Program-made: the position numbers and the translations under genes
Shown: one piece after another, positions 52,128-64,000 of the stretch
Layout: each line of letters begins with the position of its first letter
Position numbering within the stretch: the stretch's first letter is position 1
Assembly (NCBI GenBank): GCA_964016885.1
Contig: OZ024741.1
Span: 85,746,001 to 85,810,000 of the forward strand
Reading direction: 5' to 3'
From: Eledone cirrhosa
Taxonomy: Eukaryota
Length of the DNA stretch: 64,000 nt
Notes under the pieces: generated by a model
Told to the model about the DNA's origin: nothing
Databases searched by the model: none
What the model saw: the letters and a program-made list of their open reading frames with translations, nothing else

Positions 52128-54429
52128 TACATCTCTATTAGCTAACAATAATATACCGACTGCTGATTAGGGATGTCACTGGCATTCTATATCACATAGT
52201 GTGGCATTAGAACTCCGTTACTAAATACTTGGGTAAGTGGAAACTGCATGGAAGTCGGTTCGATGGATTATACCTGTAATTCGAAGGCCCGGCCTTGTCA
52301 CATAGTGTCCAGCTGATTCAGCATGGGAATAATGTTAATGGTACGCGTGTCTGTGGAATACTCAGTCATCTACACACATCCACGGGTCTAAATATGTTAA
52401 CATATCATCTTGTTGAATCATGGAGTCACTGGATGTTTCGGATCTTATAACGGGAGTTGATGAAGCCTTATCATGTGTGAAAAGTGATATACTTCTGACC
52501 CCTGACCCATCACTTGATTTCAGCCAGAACCACCACCATCTAAATTGTTTCTTTGCTATTCTACGTTGTCCTTGGTGGCTCTTCCCTTGCTTACTCACGT
52601 GATGCCCAGGGACATTGCTCAGCTCATCCTAGCTTGTCATCATTGCTATTCTTTATACAGAAGAAAGCCGAGAATTATACATCTAAACAGTACTTTTATT
52701 AATACAAGGCGTGCTAAACTAGACGGAAGCTAATTATCCCCCTTCCTTTTCTCCTTTTGAACACCTTAAATACATATTCGAACACACACAGATAACTATT
52801 AAATGCGTTTCGTGAAATACGGTTTCGTGAAATACGGTTTCGTGAAAACTAGTCATTAAATTTTAATTTAAAATAAATTGAGTAATATATAATGCTAGGG
52901 CGGAAATCTCATCATATACACGACATGGTTGGCTAGGTTTTCTGTCGGGAAACATAAAAGTTGGCAGAGATTATCATCAAGAGTAGAATACTTGCTGCTT
53001 TAACAGGCTGCATTACATAAATATATACCAGAAAATGGTAAAGGAAAGTACTTCCGGGTGTATACATGCTAATGTGGCTTTAAGAAATAATTAATGATAA
53101 GTTTATTGATAGATTAATTAGTGCAGAATTGCTAATTTTCTTATAGACGCCGACTATTTGGTTATGGGTTAAGGAATTCACTTCACAACCACATGGTTCT
53201 AGGTTCAGTCCCGCTGCCCTGCACCTGCTACTATAGTCTTGTGAGGGAAATTTTGTAGACTGAAACTGCAGAAGCCCGTTTATATTGATATCTTTGTGCT
53301 ATATATTCCTATAGTATATATGTAGATGGAAATAGCAATGGAAACTGCACCGGGTCATGCTTCCTGATATGTGAGCGATAGATTTGTGGAATTGTTAAAA
53401 CGTCGGGCGGCATGCGTTGCGGTGTTTAGGTTGTGTATTGAGTTCAAATCACATCGATATCAAATTTTGCCTTACATCTTTTCGAGGTCGATAAATAAAG
53501 TACCAATCCATGGCGATGGATTGGTAAAATTGTTAATGAATCTGACGGGACGCTAAGCAGTGTCTGTTCAAGTTCTGTGGGTTCTGAGTTCAAATCCTGC
53601 CTTCTCTCACCAAAAAAGCATTGAGGCTTCTGTCAGGAGTTACTACCGGCAAGACATATCGCCAAAAGAAAGACCGATGGAATCAGTTTCAAGTAACTTA
53701 AACATAAAGGCGGTGAATTGACAGAGACGTTAGAACCGCGGATAGAATGTTTTGCGGTGTTCGTTCCTGCTCTCTGAGCTTTCTGAGTTCAAATCCCATC
53801 GAGATCAACTTTACCTTTCATCCTTTCGAAGTCGATAAAAGAATTGCTAGTCTAGTTTTGGGATCGATTCTTCCTCTATACTTTCTCTCTCTCACACACT
53901 CTCTCTCCCTGTCTCCCTCCTCTCACACTACTCCACTCTCTCTTTCTCTTTTGAAAAAAATCGGTTGTCTTCAAACCCTGAGATGGCACCCCTACAATTC
54001 CATCTGGAATTACGGATCAATGCATACATACAATCTAAAATGACCAAACCAGACACTTTATTAACCTATTTCAAAATGTACTCGTTGGAATGTATGGAAT
54101 GTATGAAACACATGAAAGACGTCAGCTTCAAATATTAACAGCAGTTGGCAATATGTAACTATCTTTTAGTTTTTCACCACTTGACCTCCAATTATCATAA
54201 ATCTACCATCCCCAGGCTGCTTTTTTTCTCAACAAAGAATAGCAACCATGACAAGTTAAGGTGTCCTAAACAAGCTATTTTCTGAAATAAAAAGTTATAC
54301 ATATTTCTCCTCAAATTTTCAAAATATGTTTACAATATCTGAATGACCAAAGCATAAAAAGAAATGAACAAAAGGTGGGGGTAAAAAATGGGGACGGGGG
54401 ACTCTACACGTTTTGATGGGAAATGTATC

Positions 54430-54820
54430 TTAGCTACGCCTCGTGAAGGAGATGGAAGAAATGGGGTTCCTCCGAAGTGTCTTCGGAGTAACATTACTCG
54501 ATAGAGTGCCTAGTTCGGAGATCAGAGAGTGACTCCAGGTAGAGCCGCTACTTCTCCGAATTGAGAGATCGCTACTTCGTTACTCTGAACATGGGTTAGA
54601 ATGTCTCAAGAAATAATTGCTTGATATATTTTACGCGCAAAACCAACCGGTAGGACACCTGGAGGTAGATCCCGAGCAAGATGGTTAGATAACATCCACG
54701 AGCTTGGCTGATCTCGCTTAGTGATCCAGCCTGATCAGTTGGATTCAATTGCTTCTGCCAGGACCCGCTGAAAGGAGTGTTTCAGGGCTCTTCACCCATG
54801 ACCCTCTCAAGAATAAGTGG
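54430..54820 (+). mobile_element. RTE-type LINE 3' remnant
   Basis: VEPLLLRIERSLLR..H and a GR.PGGR..RWLD-like C-terminal region, with stops. Confidence 0.55.
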
Positions 54821-54837
54821 CCGAAGAAGATTTTAGG

Positions 54838-54878
54838 CCGAGCTGATGATCCGAATAAGGTGAAACAATTGTTCTCGG
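54838..54878 (+). ncRNA. Minimal type I hammerhead upstream of (TA)n
   Basis: ccgag-CTGATGA-t-cc-gaataa-gg-t-GAAAC-aatt-GTT-ctcgg. Confidence 0.72.
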
Positions 54879-55361
54879 TAATGGTGAACTAACTGTTGTG
54901 GAACTACTTCTATATATATATATATAAATATACATATATATATATAGTTAAAACAGGGCCATAGGGGAAATATTTATTATTATCCCGTTGTTCTCGTATA
55001 TATATATATATGATGGCTGCAAACTGCTAACAGTATTGCAATCGCTTGTCAGATTATAGAGTTTGGTGCACTTTTAGGCTACAGCCAGCCACACGAACCT
55101 GTAACATATCCTGAACAAGTAATACCTCTACTTTGAAGGTTTGGTGTGTGAACACAACAAAAACAAGAATGCGTAGGACAGAACAAAGGAGAGGCACAAA
55201 AACAAAGAAAAGAATCCCCAGTCATTGAAGAGGTCACAGAATGTGTGACGAAAGAACTTTGACTATATAAACAATCATCTGGTTGTGGAACCAACCAACC
55301 AACCGGAAATTTATAAATTCCTAAATATATAAATTTATTATAATAAATATATATATATATG

Positions 55362-56441
55362 TATTTAATACAATAACAGAGATAGCTTAAAGCTAAACTC
55401 CGACTAGTAACCATCTCACTCAACAAACATTAGGTTATATGTTAGTATAAACCCAATTTAAGTGTTTGGGGTGCTAACTATATGTATTTTGTGGAAAGCC
55501 AGTTGTATTATTTTATGAGATATAATTAAAGTTAAAATATATCTCTCTTTCCAAACAATTGTTTCATTATAAGTTTTCTACAAATTGGGAGAATGTTTCC
55601 AGTTTATGTAGAAGCCTAACATATATTCATATAAGAATATATTTAGGTGAGCACTTATACATCTTCAGTGGAAGCCCATTAAACTTTGATATAAGAAAAA
55701 ATTCTTACCGCAGTTAAAAATCGTGTCTGCTAAGCTGCTCCTTCACGCAGGAAGTATCATAGAGTCACTAAGCGGGAAAGGGAGACAACCACGATTCACG
55801 AGAAAAGAAAATGATAAACACGTGGGTTAATTAGTTTTTTCAAAAACATTATCAATCCAACTTGTTAAGAACTCAATTGAAATTTAAAAAATAAATGTAT
55901 GCGTGTATTAATTACACACGCATATAGATATTTTCTTAGGTTAAAAACAGAAGTGATACCTCAATAACGTGCCGCATCTCATAACCGCAGTAAATACAGA
56001 AAGTTACGCTTTAAAAGGCGATTGGGAATGTAAATCTCTGGCCAAATTAAGATAAAATATTTAATACACGCAGGTTAATTAGTTATTTCAAAACTAATAT
56101 CAATTCCACGTGTTAAGAACTCAATTAATTTAAAAAAATAAATGTATGCATGTAATTATATACACATGCATATATATATTTTCTTAGGCTAAAAACAGAG
56201 AAGTGACAACCAAAAAGCCTCCATATCTCATAACAGTAATAAATACGGAAAGTCATGTTTATAAGGTACCTGGAAATAAATACCTCTGGCCAAATTCAAG
56301 AGTAAAATATTTAATACAATAACAGAGATAGCTTAAAGCTAAACTCCGACTGGTAACCATCTCACTCAACAAACATTAGGTTATATGTTAGCATAAACCC
56401 AATTTAAGTGTTTGGGGTGCTAACTATATGTATTTTGTGGA

Positions 56442-56442
<1 letters not shown>
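55362..56442 (-). mobile_element. Non-coding (TA)n-flanked element with 135-bp terminal direct repeats and one hammerhead
   Basis: 55362-55496 matches 56308-56442 with 2 mismatches; internal ~245-bp diverged duplication; HHR at 55549-55673. Confidence 0.8.
55549..55673 (-). ncRNA. Hammerhead with long loop II
   Basis: The reverse complement reads ttcca-CTGAAGA-tg-tataag..(~70 nt)..cttata-at-GAAAC-aatt-GTT-tggaa. Confidence 0.62.
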
Positions 56443-56473
<31 letters not shown>

Positions 56474-56478
56474 GTATA

Positions 56479-56543
<65 letters not shown>

Positions 56544-56586
56544 GTGTAAATATGATAATAATGGAGCTGCGGCGCTGCAAATGGGT

Positions 56587-56978
56587 TACATATGAAAAAG
56601 TTTGTCCTCATCAGTGGCCTTCCAACCGTCGTAGACATTTCGTCGCTTTAAAGGCCATATACCTCAGGTTGGTGCGAGCAACGGCTAAAAATAAGTCGTT
56701 GGGACACGTAAATAAAGGGGACGCTAGGGTAAACAAACAAAATGGTTTAAGCAACAGAAAGTGATGAAGAAGAAAGAAACAAGTCTTGTTTCTTTCTTCT
56801 TCATCACTTTCTGTTGCTTAAACCATTTTGTTTGTTTACCCTAGCGTCCCATTTATTTACGTGTCCCAACGACTTTTTTTAGCCGTTGCTCGCACAAACC
56901 TGAGGTATATGGCCTTTAATGCGACGAAATGCCTACGACGGTTGGAAGGCCACTGATGTTGACAAACTTTTTTATATG

Positions 56979-56980
<2 letters not shown>
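56587..56980. repeat. ~390-bp near-perfect palindrome between (TA)n tracts
   Basis: Centre aacaag-t-cttgtt at ~56784; arms of ~195 bp with few mismatches. Confidence 0.92.
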
Positions 56981-57029
<49 letters not shown>

Positions 57030-57072
57030 GTATATAATATATAAGATCAAAGATGGTTAAATGAGTTCCATG

Positions 57073-57143
57073 TATTTTATTATGCGCATTTCAAAAACAA
57101 ATATCATCATGCAATAACATTTGTGTTTTCATCAGATAAAATA
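57073..57143 (-). ncRNA. Minimal hammerhead, left PLE arm
   Basis: Reverse complement of the motif at 60409-60479. Confidence 0.8.
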
Positions 57144-57921
57144 GGAGGACATGATATGATGGTTAAAGACACTTGTGGATAGTGCAGTTTTAAATCAACA
57201 TATGAAAAGTAGTTTTAGATTGATGTGTGATATTGGGGAAAACATTTTTTTAGGGGGGGGGGTGAAAAAGAGGAGGAGATGAGAGTAAAAAGTGGAGGGG
57301 GAGGAGTATAATGAGGAAGGATGAGATAGGAGGAGAGATGGGTGATAGAGAGAGAGAGATAGCTTTTATAACAGAAAAATATATTGTTTTACATAGAGAG
57401 GTTGAAAAACCGTTGGAAGATAATGTATAAATTAAAAGAATTTGAAAATTAACGAAGAGAAAAATAATGTAAATTTAAGGTTTGTATATTGAAGGGTTTA
57501 ATAATATGTGCGATGAAAAGAAATTGTTAATATGTATTAAGAATAATATTTAAGGGTTTAATATGTGCGATGGAAAGAAAATGTTAATATGTATTATTAA
57601 AAAAAACAAAAGTAATGTAAGTAAGGATATATTGTGAGATGAGCATGAATAAGTTAGATGAAAGTGAAAAAAAAATAATGAATAGAGGATGAATAATCTA
57701 ACGTCAAAAAAAAATGTTTATGTTTACGAAGGATTTTTTCAAGGTGATATAAAGTAAGAATATAGTGTATTGTGTAATAATTGTTTCTATGTTAGGCACA
57801 GTGAGAAAAGGTACAGATTAGGGGTTGGAAAAGGAAGAAAGGGAAGTGATGAATAGGAGTGATATAGAATATAATAAATAACTTTGAAATAAGGTAGAAA
57901 GATGGGTATATTTTTAAAGAA

Positions 57922-57960
<39 letters not shown>

Positions 57961-58000
57961 CCTTTGAGAAAAGGATTCTGAATTGATAAAGTTTAGGATA

Positions 58001-58816
58001 TTAGCTGTATACTTTATGGAAAGTTCTGTGGAATTTATGCAAGCAGATAGAAAACAAGTCAGTGCGTCTATTTATTATAGAATCTAAATTAGATATAATG
58101 GTAAATTTTTCATTTAGACAGAGATTGCAAGTCTTGGATAGAGAACTGTTCAAGTATGTAGAAGCAGAGGAAACCTTTTTCCAAGAGATGTTATATTTAA
58201 TATTTTTGTCTTTCAAGAACCATATGAGTTCTGAGAGAGCCGTGTTGGTTCTTTTAAGTTTATATTTAAAAGACGAATGATGATTATAAAGACGAGCTTT
58301 AAAGGAGGTGGAAGTGGAGCCAAAATTGGTGAAGGAATTGGTGTCAGTTATAAGTTTACATTCGTAAATTAAGTTTTTATCAAGACAATGGTTGTTGAGA
58401 GGACATTTATTTTTAGCAGGGCAATTGCAATTGCGATTAGAGAGATTATTAATGAGTGACCTAGTGTTATCTATAGAAGGAATTGGATTGGAGAAGTTAT
58501 TTGCGATAGGAATAATAGTTTCTTGATTTAGAATGGGATTAAGAACATTTAGCGAAGTTGTGTTTGACGTTGTATTTGGGTTTGCAGAAATTAGCCTAGG
58601 GTTTACAATGACGTCGGGAGTACTATTACTATTATTATGATATTCAGTGTTGGAAGGAAGAGATTTAGTATTTAGTATTTTATTGTTGTGTTTAGAGATA
58701 ATGTTGGAAATGTTGGAGGATGTCGAATAGGAAAATTTTATAGTGTGTTTGTTAAATATTTTACTATAGATATGTGAGGGAGGGAAGCATTTATTTAGGG
58801 CACTAAAGAACATCAT
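58001..58816 (-). pseudogene. PLE C-terminal thumb/linker and GIY-YIG endonuclease (mirror copy 58812-59452 +)
   Basis: FPPSHIYSKIFNKHTIKFSYS, CNCPAKNKCPLNNHCL, LIYEC..TNFGSTSTSFKARLYNH, CNLCLNEK, INRRTDLFSICLH. Confidence 0.85.
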
Positions 58817-59492
58817 AATAATAGTAATAGTACTCCCGACGTCATTGTAAACCCTAGGCTAATTTCTGCAAACCCAAATACAACGTCAAACACAACTTCG
58901 CTAAATGTTCTTAATCCCATTCTAAATCAAGAAACTATTATTCCTATCGCAAATAACTTCTCCAATCCAATTCCTTCTATAGATAACACTAGGTCACTCA
59001 TTAATAATCTCTCTAATCGCAATTGCAATTGCCCTGCTAAAAATAAATGTCCTCTCAACAACCATTGTCTTGATAAAAACTTAATTTACGAATGTAAACT
59101 TATAACTGACACCAATTCCTTCACCAATTTTGGCTCCACTTCCACCTCCTTTAAAGCTCGTCTTTATAATCATCATTCGTCTTTTAAATATAAACTTAAA
59201 AGAACCAACACGGCTCTCTCAGAGCTCATATGGTTCTTGAAAGACAAAAATATTAAATATAACATCTCTTGGAAAAAGGTTTCCTCTGCTTCTACATACT
59301 TGAACAGTTCTCTATCCAAGACTTGCAATCTCTGTCTAAATGAAAAATTTACCATTATATCTAATTTAGATTCTATAATAAATAGACGCACTGACTTGTT
59401 TTCTATCTGCTTGCATAAATTCCACAGAACTTTCCATAAAGTATACAGCTAATATCCTAAACTTTATCAATTCAGAATCCTTTTCTCAAAGG

Positions 59493-59545
<53 letters not shown>

Positions 59546-60408
59546 TTCTTTAAAAATATACCCCTCTTTCTACCTTATTTCAAAGTTATTTATTATATTC
59601 TATATCACTCCTATTCATCACTTCCCTTTCTTCCTTTTCCTTTTCTAACCCCTAATCTGTACCTTTTCTCACTGTGCCTAACATAGAAACAATTATTACA
59701 CAATACACTATATTCTTACTTTATATCACCTTGAAAAAATCCTTCGTAAACATAAACATTTTTTTTTTTTTTGACGTTAGATTATTCATCCTCTATTCAT
59801 TATTTTTTTTCTCACTTTCATCTAACTTATTCATGCTCATCTCACAATATATCCTTACTTACATTACTTTTGTTTTTTTTAATAATACATATCAACATTT
59901 TCTTTCCATCGCACATATTATTAAACCCTTAAATATTATTCTTAATACATATTAACATTTTCTTTCCATCGCACATATTATTAAACCCTTAAATATTATT
60001 CTTAATACATATCAACACTTTCTTTTCATCGCACATATTATTAAACCCTTCAATATACAAACCTTAAATTTACATTATTTTTCTCTTCGTTAATTTTCAA
60101 ATTCTTTGAAATTATACATTATCTTCCAACGGTTTTTCAATCTCTCTATGTAAAACAATATATTTTTCTGAGTTATAAAAGCTATCTCTCTCTCTCTATC
60201 ACCCATCTCTCCTCCTATCTCACCCTTCCTCATTATACTCCTCCCCCTCCACTTTTTACTCTCATCTCCTCCTCTTTTTCATCCTTCCCCCCCCCCTCCC
60301 CTCAAAAAAATGTTTTCCCCAATATCACACATCAATCTAAAACTACTTTACATATGTTGATTTAAAACTGCACTATCCACAAGTGTCTTTAACCTTCATA
60401 TCATGTCC

Positions 60409-60479
60409 TATTTTATCTGATGAAAACACAAATGTTATTGCATGATGATATTTGTTTTTGAAATGCGCATAATAAAATA
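60409..60479 (+). ncRNA. Minimal hammerhead, right PLE arm
   Basis: tattttat-CTGATGA-aaacacaaatgtt..gatatttgttttt-GAAA-tgcgca-TA-ataaaata: 8-bp stem I, palindromic stem III. Confidence 0.8.
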
Positions 60480-60608
60480 CATGGAACTCATTTAACCATC
60501 TTTTGATCTTATATATTATGTATACTCCAGTCCTACAAACTGTAGAGTGCTTCTTATCCGATATCTGCATTGCTTTATTGTACTACAATAAAACTCACCT
60601 CCTACATA

Positions 60609-60666
<58 letters not shown>

Positions 60667-60718
60667 GAAAAGTATAGAAATTGTTGTAGCGAGAAGATAA
60701 CAGTATTCCATCACATAA

Positions 60719-60918
60719 CATATATATATATGTATATATATGTATATATATATGTATATATATGTATATATATGTATATATATGTATGTATATATATATG
60801 TATGTATGTATATATATATGTATGTATATATATGTATATATATATATGTATATATATATGTATGTATATGTATATATATGTATATATATATGTATATATA
60901 TGTATATATATATGTATA

Positions 60919-60969
<51 letters not shown>

Positions 60970-61096
60970 GTATATGTATATATATATATGTATGTATATG
61001 TATATATATATATGTATGTATATGTATATATATATATGTATGTATATGTATATATATATATGTATATATATGTATGTATATGTATATATATGTATA

Positions 61097-61153
<57 letters not shown>
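60719..61153. repeat. (TA)n/(TATG) compound microsatellite
   Basis: Visible directly in the sequence. Confidence 0.95.
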
Positions 61154-61382
61154 ACGTGGGAAAGTAAAACATCGGAGAATAGACCGTTAAAAGATGTTTA
61201 TTTAAAATATCACCTACGTACGTTTCGCCCAGTTGGGCTTCTCAAGGGCATAAATAATCACAAGAGGAACACTTTTGATTATTTATGCCCTTGAGAAGCC
61301 CAACTGGGCGAAACGTACGTAGGTGATATTTTAAATAAACATGTTTTAACGGTCTATTCTCCGATTTTTTACTTTCCCACGT
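61154..61382. repeat. Palindrome with two outward-facing variant hammerheads
   Basis: Arms of ~107 bp, each containing cc-TTGAGAA-gccc-aact-gggc-GAAAC-gtac-GTA-gg. Confidence 0.88.
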
Positions 61383-61541
61383 GCTTACGCTCTGCTAACT
61401 CTCTAGCCCACTAAATATTAACACTTCGAATATTTAATACTGCCGGCACTAGTATCGAGCACCTTTGGCATACGCTACTTGGCAAATAACTATATGTATC
61501 ACCTATCCCCCATTTTTTTCTCTTTCTCGATACGTAAATAC

Positions 61542-62925
<1,384 letters not shown>

Positions 62926-62999
62926 CTCTTTTACTCTTTTACCTGTTTCAGCCATCCGGCTGAGGCCATGCTGGGGCACCGCCCTTGTTGCTACACATT

Positions 63000-64000
63000 T
63001 TATCTCCAGCCTGTATAGGTTGGCCACTGGTGTAGGAGGGAGTTTGTTGCTGCTGCCCTTAGGTTTCCCTCGTGTCTTGCTGTGGGCTCATCCGGGATCC
63101 TGGATAACAAGGTGTCGAGATGTTTCTTAAAGACATCCACCTCCACGTCATGCAAGTCTCGCAGATGCCTCGGCAGCCTGTTGAAGAGTTGAGGGCCCTT
63201 GAATCCCAGGCTATTGCAATACCTGCTCCTTATTCTAGATGTGGAAGACGGGACCTTTGGCACCACACAGTGACGTCCTGTTCGACGGTTGGTCCAGCTC
63301 CCAATGCCAAAGTTTGGTGCTAGTCCCTCCAGGATTTTCCACATGTAGATCACTGCGTATCTCTCCCGTCTTCGCTCCAAGGAGTAGAGGTTCAGTTCCT
63401 TTAGCCTCTCCCAGTAGCTTGTCTCCCTCATCTTGGCAATCCTCTTGGTGTAGCTTCGCTGGATTACCTCAAGCTCCGTGGTTAGTTTGACACTATGGGG
63501 TGACCACAGCTGGGAGCAGTAGTCCAGGCGGCTTAGGACAAAAGTCCTCCACAGTGTCAACATGGTGTCTCGATCTCTTGTAAGGAAAGTCCTCAAGATC
63601 CAGCCAGCGAATCGTCTACATGTTGTCGCCACCTTCATGATGTGTGAAGAAAAAGATGCATCATCGCTCATGTCTATGCCCAGGTCTCGTAACGATTTTG
63701 ACACGGGGATATCGGTCCCTCCTGGTCCTGTGTAGCTGTGTTCCGCTATATTTGTGTTTGTGTTTGCAGGTTTGTATTGTAGGGCTTGGAATTTGCCAGC
63801 ATTAAACTGCATGTTGTTTTCTTCCGCCCATCTGTATATGGCATCCAGATCCTGCTGTAAGAGGGCAGCGTCAGCCGGGTTTTTGATTGCCTGTGCTACC
63901 TTAGTGTCATCAGCATAGCTAGTGAGGGATGTTGTTGCATGCACCACAGAGGGCATGTCCGAGAGAGCCACCAAAAACAGTAGTGGTCCCAGGACTGTCC
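63000..64000 (-). mobile_element. CR1/L2-group LINE ORF2 3' part (RT), continues beyond the window
   Basis: GTVLGPLLFL, SYADDTKV, LQQDLD, RDLGI, SRLDYCSQLWSP and YSLERRRER in an open frame of 324 aa. Confidence 0.88.

Larger units (their letters stand above)
57034..60610. mobile_element. Inverted (head-to-head) pair of 5'-truncated Penelope-like copies
   Basis: Arms 57034-58641 and 58812-60523 are near-identical inverted repeats around a 170-bp spacer. Each has a GIY-YIG ORF end, 3' UTR and HHR; both outer ends sit in (TA)n. Confidence 0.92.

Noticed and set aside
56590-56960. CTGATGAGGAC / GACGAAA as a hammerhead inside the palindrome
   Set aside because: I could not build consistent stems II and III in any topology.

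Overview
AT-rich, microsatellite-dense eukaryotic DNA with no recognisable host exon. The SINE repertoire and (TA)n/(CA)n/(GA)n density suggest an octopus/cephalopod intron or intergenic region (inference). Almost all of it is mobile DNA: a 5'-truncated L1/Tx1 ORF2; a decayed Buster-type hAT transposon; a non-autonomous derivative of that hAT whose interior is 84 copies of its own 40-bp subterminal repeat; three Penelope-like elements (PLEs) with a CxCx5C linker and C-terminal GIY-YIG (Hydra-clade-like); Helitron, mariner, RTE, CRE and CR1 fragments; and many SINEs. The most notable structure is absent from the ORF track: over 20 type I hammerhead ribozyme (HHR) motifs read by eye. They include a ~500-bp non-coding tandem array at 43445-49243 with one minimal HHR and one ATGCAAAT octamer per unit, resembling a retrozyme or newt satellite 2. 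A dispersed monomer of that family shows terminal redundancy and a 5' inversion, and a second HHR-bearing non-coding element has 135-bp terminal redundancy. Several (TA)n-anchored palindromes carry HHRs or HHR halves. Together these point to a PLE-driven, ribozyme-processed, possibly circular-RNA retrozyme system targeting (TA)n. All folds were inferred manually and no activity has been tested.
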